A stretch of 63,839 bases of DNA, the filler included, from Octopus bimaculoides (Eukaryota): NCBI RefSeq assembly GCF_001194135.2. It is 7 parts of 7 records of this genome, joined end to end, with 100 filler letters (N's around TTAATTAATTAA, not from the genome) between each part and the next. Parts side by side here need not be neighbours in the genome. Positions count along the whole stretch, not along the records: positions 48,523 to 55,579 come from NC_068989.1; positions 55,680 to 59,668 come from NC_068997.1; positions 59,769 to 61,556 come from NC_068985.1; positions 61,657 to 63,839 come from NW_026429024.1; 3 more parts are not named here. One strand, given 5' to 3'. Positions 55,534-63,839 of the stretch are shown here, in pieces. Positions within the stretch are counted from its first letter, which is position 1. Each line of letters opens with the position of its first letter. A program made the translations under genes and the position numbers. The notes beneath the pieces were generated by a model. It was not told the origin of the DNA. It saw only the letters and a program-made list of their open reading frames with translations, and searched no databases.

Positions 55534-55573
55534 GGCGACTCGAGTTTCAGGGCTATTTCCCTTCGTCATGGCC
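55534..55573 (-). ncRNA. Minimal type I hammerhead-ribozyme-like motif with a 1-nt core insertion
   Basis: Minus strand GGC-CATGACGA-AGGG(AAATAG)CCCT-GAA-AC(TCGA)GT-C-GCC: three helices, GAAA and a GUC triplet are present. Confidence 0.55.
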
Positions 55574-55679
55574 GGTATGNNNNNNNNNNNNNNNNNNNNN
55601 NNNNNNNNNNNNNNNNNNNNNNNTTAATTAATTAANNNNNNNNNNNNNNNNNNNNNNNNNNNNNNNNNNNNNNNNNNNN

Positions 55680-56018
55680 CCTAGACACCTATCTGAAAAA
55701 CTCTGAGGACTGGATGTTAAAACTTGTCTTAAAACATGAAAGCAAGAAAGCATCTTACTCAGTAACAAAACAGGCAAAGGAATATCTAAGTGAATTCCAA
55801 TTACAACAAATTCAAGAATTAGACGAACTAGAAACACCCGCAGAAAAAGCTAAGCGCTTAAAAACCCGTGCTAAAATTGCTGCCTTAGATATTATGACTG
55901 ATAAATGGCATGGAAAACCTCTCAATGGCAAATACCCAAAGAGAGCGAATAATGCAGATATTGACAAAGCCCTTACCCATCAATGGCCATTAGCCATTGA
56001 TGGGTAAGGGCTTTGTCA
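55680..56018 (+). mobile_element. R4/Dong fragment ending in a perfect foldback
   Basis: KWHGKPLNGKYPKRANNADIDKALTHQW, homologous to 44830-45110, followed by a 26-bp inverted copy. Confidence 0.85.
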
Positions 56019-56019
56019 T

Positions 56020-57950
56020 TCTTTACCAGAACTATTCTACTCATAACCCTTCCTGGCACACTACTGGACTGAGGCAATCTTGAAGATGTTGCGATCATCC
56101 ATGTAAGTCTTTCAGCTTTATGAATTAGAACCCCCAAATAAGTCTGGTCCAGCAGCTTTCCTTGTCACCCCTTCCATCTTCTGAAGAGATGACCACTTCC
56201 TCCAGCATGGATGTCTTGCTCAGTCTTTTTCTACCTCTGGCAACCAAGATGCATCTTTAGTGTATTTGATGTTATCTGGCCAAATTTTTCTCCAGAATCG
56301 AGTTGTTTCATCTGGGTTGGATATTCCAGTTTGGTTATGACTCTTTCTATCCAGTTGACTGTAAAACAGTTGAAAAAGTTGTTTTGCTTGAAGTAAAAAA
56401 TGCATACACCATACCTTTTGATCTTGGCTTCCCTTTAGCATATCGCTACTGTAATCTTTACTCTTCTCACTCAGCTGATATTTTCTTTCCATGTACATGC
56501 TAATCACCTCACTAAGCCTCATGTTACTACACCTCACATCTTTGACCATATTGAAGTTTTTCCCCCATATTTCTATGCTTCTGCAAATCCTCCTTTCCCA
56601 GAATGGTTCATCTTTTCTTCTCACTCTCCTCCCCCTCATCTGACATAATCACTCTGTAGTGACATATACAGCTGCATATAACTGATCATTCATTTCAGAG
56701 ATGTTATTAGTTTTAATCAACTGCATTGCTTGATCAACCCACAACTTCTGCCTATTACATACTTTCAAAGATTGTAACTGAGCAAATTTATTCATCTGCA
56801 TGACGTCAATTAGCCTATTGCATATAACCAACACCTTGTTCACAGCACCTGTCTCCAAACCCATGTCTCATGTGTCAACTTGTACCATTTTCCTGAGGTG
56901 GCACACTCTCTATCTCAATCTCTGCACCATCTATTCCATGTTCTGCTATTCTCTTATCAGGATTCTTGACATATCTCTTGATCTTATCACACTCCAATTT
57001 CAACAGCCAGCGCTGGTCCTTAATCTGGTCAGTAAGCCACTGCTCACTAACATCCCTGGGTATCACCAGCTCTCCAAATTTTTACCATCCTCTTTCTATA
57101 GTCTCTTCTACTTGAATCTGCCTTTATGTAATACTCAAATAGCAACATATTGTCAACTTTCCTCCATTTCATGCTTGTGTTTCTTTTTGGACCAGTAAGA
57201 GGATCATGACCACGTGGAGTCTGGTCTTCTGCTTCATTGTCTTCTAGGGGGCTCTTGCAAGGCATGAGAACTTTGGTGTCTTAGGCACTTAAGGGAATCT
57301 TCCTGTTCTAACAGTGGCAAGCAAGAATTCACTCTGCTGTTTGATGTACCATCTCAGACTGCTCTTCATGTTAGCAACACAGCTCTTGCATCCTATGAGA
57401 CCTCTTTCTCCCTTGTTCCTAGGCACATACAGTCTATTAATATCACTTTTTGGGTGTGGTTCCTTGTTAATTGCCATCACTTTCCTGGTTTTTCTATCCA
57501 TTTCCTCAAGCTTGTTCTTTGTCCATCTAACAATACCTGCGCCATATCGCAATAAGGAAACAGTCCATGTGTTCATTGCTCTGATCTTGTTCTTTCCATT
57601 GAGTCTACTTCCCATAATTCAGTAGGTTCTTCTAAGATATTCTCATCTAAAGCTTTCCTTCATTTCATTCTCCTTGATTTTGTCATACTCCAAGATACCC
57701 TACTTTGCTTTTTTGCATTATACACACACCACACTTTTTAATCCAAAATTTCATCCCAATATTTGCAGTGTTGAGACCAGGCCATTTATTTCATGTTTGG
57801 TCATCCATATATAACAGATGATTTAATTTTTCTCCACTTTTCAAGGTGTACCCTGATGTCCCTCTCCATAGTATCTGTGTGAGGGGTATCATATAAATAA
57901 CAAACAGCAATGGTGATAAGCTATCTCCCTGTTTATTGTTATTGATATTG
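56020..57950 (-). mobile_element. R4-like RLE-clade retrotransposon fragments in permuted order
   Basis: 57940-57290 gives QGDSLSPLLFV, LNHLLYMDD and LNGKNKIRAMNTW..HPKSDINRLYVPR..GERGL. 57265-56020 gives N-terminal segments (MKWRKVDN.., FWERRI.., TTRFWRKIW, GKAAGPD). Confidence 0.8.
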
Positions 57951-58129
57951 ATGTTTTAAAGGTGTTGCCTAAACAGGGATAATAACATTGAGAGTTTGGA
58001 TGCACTGCTGGTGACCTAAGTGAGGGAAGGGGAAATCTTGTGGCAAGAGGGTGCTGAAGTATGTAATTTTAGACCTATTACCTGCTTGCCCATGATGTAG
58101 AAACTGCTGTCTTACATCATAAACAACAA

Positions 58130-58695
58130 AATGTATAAGCCCTTTATGAAAGCAATCTGCTTATTGACAAACAGAAGGGTTGTTGCAAAGACTCACAAAG
58201 TACAAAGGACCAGCTTTTAATTGACAAGGCAATTTGAAGAATTGCTGAAGGCAATTAACAAACCTATCTATGCTTGAATAGACTATCACAAGGTATATGA
58301 TATGGTTCTGCATTCGTGAATCCTGAAGAGTTTTGATGATTGGTATAAGGATAGCATGAATAGTTGAAGAACTGTTTAACATCAAGAGGACAAGAACTAG
58401 GAGAAGTAGCTATAAATAGGGGAATATTCCAGGATGATCTGTATCCCCATTCTTATTTGTTATCATCATGATACCACTGACCTTAATGATTGAGGAAAAT
58501 GAACACAGGCTATAAGCTAGCCAAAGATTGAGGCCCATCAATCACCTACTTTTGTGGAAAACTTAAACTCCACATCACTAGATCAATTGGATTCCTTTAT
58601 CCAGACCATCAGAATTTTCACTCAGGACATTAGAATGCCCTTCATTCCGGACAAATGTGCTATTCTAGAGATGAGGAGAGGTAAGAAAGTGGATA
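58130..58695 (+). mobile_element. RT fragment of an R4-like element
   Basis: KDQLLIDKAI; DYHKVYDMVLHS*IL; RGIFQDD; DQLDSFIQTIRIFTQDIRMPFIPDKCAILEMRRGK. Confidence 0.8.
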
Positions 58696-59005
58696 TGTAT
58701 ATATATATATATGTATANNNNNNNNNNNNNNNNNNNNNNNNNNNNNNNNNNNNNNNNNNNNNNNNNNNNNNNNNNNNNNNNNNNNNNNNNNNNNNNNNNN
58801 NNNNNNNNNNNNNNNNNNNTATAAGGTTTTTAACTTTTAAATTTTCATATTCAAAAGAGACAGAGACTTCAAACTCATGAAAATTTAAAAGTTAAAAACC
58901 TTATAATATAAATATAAACTGTGAGAACGACCCTTAAGGAATCTAGTTAATGATCCCCTAAGGTAAGTTCTTATGCTATATTGGTAACGGTTGCTACATC
59001 CTCTG

Positions 59006-59042
<37 letters not shown>

Positions 59043-60316
59043 TGTTATGTATTAGACGAAAGCAACAGCAAATAAAACATCAACAACCCATATTATTTTA
59101 AGTGTACACAGATCGAAGGCAGCTCAAAGCTGATTTAATCATTTGAGTCCAAAACACAAGCCATCACAAATATTTTGAATATATATATATATCAGTTCTT
59201 AATAACAGATGGATTTCTTTGTTTCGTTGCGAATCCTCAAAAGGCTATCAAAATAGAAGGGAGGTCACTCTTGCATTGTTGTTTACTGTTTATGTTGTTT
59301 GCAGTAGTAATAAACCCTTCAAGGGAAATAGAGTGGCAGAGAAGAAAGAAGGAAGACAAAATGATACTTTGTTCTGCCTGTCATTTCAGCAGCAGTGGAG
59401 AAAGACAGGATTTCACTTGTCATTCTAAAGTGAGCCCCTGAAAGAATAAAGCATTTGTCATCTGTCTGGTCATGCTCATCTCTTCACAACTCCCTTTGCT
59501 AACTGACTTTGGCTTGCTAATTTTCTGTATTTAAAATGATTGCAACACAGCAAGAAAGAGAGGCATATCACTCTCAAAACAATGGGAACTGTGGTAGGTA
59601 TCTTCCTTATCTCCTGTCAACTATTGTTTGTATAGGAGGGGTCGAGTGGAGAATACATAAATCAGCTTNNNNNNNNNNNNNNNNNNNNNNNNNNNNNNNN
59701 NNNNNNNNNNNNTTAATTAATTAANNNNNNNNNNNNNNNNNNNNNNNNNNNNNNNNNNNNNNNNNNNNTATATATATATATATATATATACTTACTTGGA
59801 AAAGAATGCGTGCCGTTCAATCATATAATAATAATATAAATAATATATAGATATATGCATATATCCATACATATATGTATATACCTACATCTATATGTAT
59901 ACATACATGTATATATGTGTACAAGACATAAAAAAAAAGCGTTAAACACAATGAGAGACGAAACCATATAAACGAAAACAGGAAACGAACTTTTTTCGTA
60001 CAACGAAAAAAACAAACAAACAAACAGAGAAACGAGACATGCAACATAAAGAGTATATCCCTTCATAATTTGTCCCTGTTCCATCTTCTCTGCGTTTCAA
60101 AAACAAGGACAATACGCGACTTCGTTGGAAAAGTCCTTCCCGCAAAGCAAATTAAATAAAATTTGGAATTTTTTGCGGAGGATGAAAGTGTTAACTAGAA
60201 CAGGACAGTGAGAACAAGACAGTAAAAACAAATGGTGAGGGTTGTTGAGCCAAGACAATAGAAATATTATTATAAACGCTAAGTAGAAACAGAAATTTAT
60301 TATATATATGCATATA

Positions 60317-61512
60317 CAGCGTTGGACAAAATAACGGAAGCACCTATCATCATAGTTTGGATATATATATGAAACCGTGTTGCTGAACACGTTTAGCTAA
60401 AATTGCTGTGTCTTATCAGATATCATCTGAAAAAGGTAATTAAAATTCATTAAAATGACCGATCTACCAGTCTTTCAAAGAGGTCAAATTGTTGGTGCAC
60501 GTGTGGCAGGTGCTAGCGTAACGAAAACAGAGCAAACGTTTATTGTATCCAGAAGTACTATCTTGAAAGTATTGACAACCTTTGAGACAGAGGAAAAAAC
60601 CTGCTCCTCGAAACAAAACTACGAAAGGAAACCAAAGCTTTGAGATAGGTACTGTCGGACACTTACGCGAATTGTTAGAAAGGATCACAAAAGTACAGCT
60701 CCAAAAATTACTGCAGAACTTAATGACCACCTCAAGAACCTACTTTCCATCAAAACCGTTCGCCGGGAGGTACACAAAGCCGGATTTCAAATGAGGCTGC
60801 AATCAGAAAACCACTGTTTTCAAAAACAAATATTGCAAAGCGTTTAGAATGGAGTAACAACCTTCAGAATTGGTCCCTAGAGCAGTGGAAGAATGTTATT
60901 TTCTCGGACGAGTCATCCTTTACATTATTTCCGATCATCTGCCGAGTATACGCGTGGAGAAAGCCAAAAGAAGCATTTTACCCAGACTGCCTTCTTCCAA
61001 CTGTTAAACATGGAGGAGGATCTGTGATGATCTGGAAGACTATATCTTGGAAATCCGCCGGCCCAATGGTTTCCATTCATGGCAGAATTAATAGACAAGA
61101 CTATTCAAGCATTTTATCTGATTAAATTCATTCTATAGTTGCGTAAGTGTTTCGAGGGTGAAACGCAATCTTTAAGATAATGCACAAATTCACAAACTTA
61201 AAATTGTTACGGAATGGCATGAGGAACATTCTAGTGAAATTGAACATCTTATCTGGCCACCACAGTCCGCAGATCTCAATATCATAGAACATTTATGAAA
61301 GGAGTCGATATTCACCAGCATCAGCATTACAAGACTAGGAGAATGTTTTAGCTGAAGAATGGAGAAATATACCTTTGGAAATAATTCAAACTTTGTACGA
61401 ATCCATACCCCGTAGAATTCAAGCTGTAATTACTGTCAAAAGCCGTCCTACCACGTATTAAAATAAGCTTGCTTGAAAATTTAAGGTGTTTCCATTATTT
61501 TGTCCAACCTCT
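60317..61512 (+). mobile_element. Full-length Tc1-type transposon with DD36E spacing, disrupted transposase
   Basis: TIRs CAGCGTTGGACAAAATAACGGAAGCACCT and AGGTGTTTCCATTATTTTGTCCAACCTCT. MTDLPVFQRGQIVGARVAGASV; FSDES; KHGGGSVMIW; DNAQIH..WPPQSADLNIIE with 36 aa between D and E. Confidence 0.93.
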
Positions 61513-61786
61513 TTCTCTCTGTCTATCTGTCTATCTCTCTCTTTCTCTCTCTCTCTNNNNNNNNNNNNNNNNNNNNNNNNNNNNNNNNNNNNNNNNNNNN
61601 TTAATTAATTAANNNNNNNNNNNNNNNNNNNNNNNNNNNNNNNNNNNNNNNNNNNNATACTTTTTACTCAGTCACACACATACATAACATTAACACATCT
61701 GTAGATAGTCGCATATTCCTCCTACCTTTCTCAGATCACACACTTTTGGTTGTAAGACACCTTTCTCTACACATCTGCAGTACCCA

Positions 61787-62290
61787 AGACTGGTGCTGGA
61801 AAACGTGGGTCCCAATAAGAGAATTGTTAGTGGAGCCCAATAAGAGAATTGTTGGTGGGACCCAATAGGAGAATTGTTAGTGGAGCCCAATAAGAGAATT
61901 GTTGATGGGGCCTAATGAGAGAATTGTTGGTGGGGCCCAGTAAGAAAATTGTTAGTGGGGCCCAATGAGAGAATTGTTAGTTGGGCCCTATAAGAGAATT
62001 GTTAGTGGGGCCCAATAAGAGAATTGTTAGCGGGGCCCAATAAGAGAATTGTTAGTGGGGCCCTTTACTCTACAAAAGCTGAAGATTGATGTTTTATGCT
62101 TCATATAGTACACTAGTCCCAGCCAAAAAGTGTTGATGGTTAAGGCTCCACCATTAGCTACAATGACATACTAAAAATTCAAAGCTCATATGAAAGTGTT
62201 AATGTTTTATTACAAGTTGAGTGTGTGTGTACTGCCCTCTCTTGGCTTGGAGTCCAATTTGAACAAATCTAACTGGCTTAAAACTGGCCC
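61787..62290. mobile_element. GGGCCC-rich dispersed repeat (paralog of 1769-2008) carrying a minisatellite
   Basis: Shared internal segments with 1769-2008. Confidence 0.55.
61811..62063. repeat. Minisatellite, 10 x 25 bp, consensus CCCAATAAGAGAATTGTTAGTGGGG
   Basis: Units start at 61811, 61836, ... 62036, with 0-4 substitutions each and no spacers. Confidence 0.97.
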
Positions 62291-63484
62291 CGGCTATATC
62301 CACCTCTATTCTGCTATTCATAATTCTCTTTCGCTAAAATCAAGACCATTTCTCACTTTGTATTCCTCTTATTATTTTCTTCTTTCAGACAGAATTGCTT
62401 GCTAGTCAGTCTATACATTTAGAGGCATTTCTTCATTATGCTCTGAGATCAAATTTTGCCAAGATCCACTTTACCTTTCATCCTTATGGATCCTATAAAA
62501 TGAGTACTAGTTGAACACTAGGATTGATGTAAGTAATTTACCCTACAATTGTTTTTCTTTTTTGCCAAAATTTGAAATCTTTTGAAGCCATTATTGATTT
62601 TCAAGTTTTCTTGATGAAGTACCAATGTCCAAAATCTAATTATATATTTTTGCATGATGTTCTGTTGTTGATGTTGTTGTCTTTCATTGCTTTCCGTTTG
62701 ATTTTTCTTCTCATGACTCATTAGTTGATAGAAATGATATGGCTGAAACAGAACAATAGAAATAAAATACGTAAAAGCCAAATAAGGAAAAGAAATTTGC
62801 AGCAATAAAATAAAGCTATAACAATAAACAGAAACAAAGACAATTGACTCATACAATGCACATATTATATATTCTGGTAAGCATTGCTTGTCAAGTCACT
62901 TTAAGTTGTGAAAGGGCTACAAACAGGAACTAAAAAGCCACAAAGGGAAAACAAAAACAATAAAAAGAAGAATACAGAAAATTTTATAAATAAAAATATG
63001 TAGAAATCGAAAGCAAAAAGCAATGTAGCCCTTCTTAAGAAAATATAATTCATCTTTGAATCTTTAAAAAAAAAATGGGGAAAAAAACTTAGTGAAACAA
63101 TTTCTTTTAGAATATGTAACACATGAATGTTGTTCATAAGCAAATAGAAACAGATTTTCTTGTCAACAAATCAAGATTGCTTCTTTTTATAAATTGAAAA
63201 CCAACAAATTCCCTGCAACCTGCAGCTGTAGACAAAACTACATGTACAAAAGGTGGCATGCCTTTTCCTTGTTTATGTCTTTTCTTTGAAATAACTCTCA
63301 TCCAGAGGGATGTGATTTTTTTTTTGCAAGTTATTATTATTATTTGTTTTTTTTTTTGTTTCAAGAACTGTCAGTAATTTTTGTTGATGTTGACATCACA
63401 TATCAATGTTGTTGCAGTTGTTGTTGCAGTTGTTGTATTTGTAGTGCTGCTAGTGATGGCTGCTCTTTGCTGACAGAAGCGAAA

Positions 63485-63495
63485 GTGTAAATATT

Positions 63496-63592
<97 letters not shown>

Positions 63593-63839
63593 AATATACA
63601 TATATATATAATATATATATGTAAAATATATATATATATATAAAATATATATACAGTATATATTATATATATATAAAATATATATACAATATATATTATA
63701 TATATCATATGTAGTATATATATTATATATATCTAAAATATATGTGTATAAGATATATTTATAATATGTATTATATGTAAAATGTATATAATATATATTT
63801 ATATATAATGTATACATATAATATATTTATATGATATAT
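63485..63839. repeat. (CA)n, (TA)n and degenerate TA-rich microsatellite
   Basis: Direct observation. Confidence 0.95.

Noticed and set aside
61811-62063. Regular 25-bp repeats as a CRISPR array
   Set aside because: Units are contiguous with no unique spacers, there are no cas genes, and the context is eukaryotic.

Overview
This is repeat-saturated, AT-rich animal genomic DNA. Its SINE families, RTE tails and microsatellite load resemble what I recall of Octopus (coleoid cephalopod) genomes; the taxon is an inference. I can identify no intact protein-coding gene, rRNA, true tRNA or CRISPR array. Most ORFs in the track are microsatellite translations, N-gap read-throughs or transposon fragments. 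What is supported: (i) many tRNA-derived and RTE-tailed SINE copies; (ii) two full-length but disabled Tc1/mariner elements with TIRs (DD37D maT-type at 10.5-11.7 kb, DD36E-spaced Tc1 at 60.3-61.5 kb), plus older mariner relics; (iii) several decayed R4/Dong-type RT+RLE non-LTR retrotransposons at 43.8-58.7 kb with unusual rearrangements; (iv) a Penelope-like RT resembling the Naiad type at 53.9-54.8 kb; (v) a ~1 kb long-TIR non-autonomous element with an 8-bp TSD; (vi) a ~730-bp-arm inverted repeat; (vii) a 10 x 25-bp minisatellite. The most interesting signals are ribozyme-like motifs next to retroelements (a near-complete hammerhead fold at 55534-55573, an HDV-like relic at 2413-2462), the long inverted repeat, CpG-content switches at scaffold joins, and a few unassigned candidate exons. 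The window has six 100-nt join gaps carrying a TTAATTAATTAA linker and seven plain N gaps, so long-range order is uncertain. Repeat boundaries are approximate unless a TIR or TSD is quoted.
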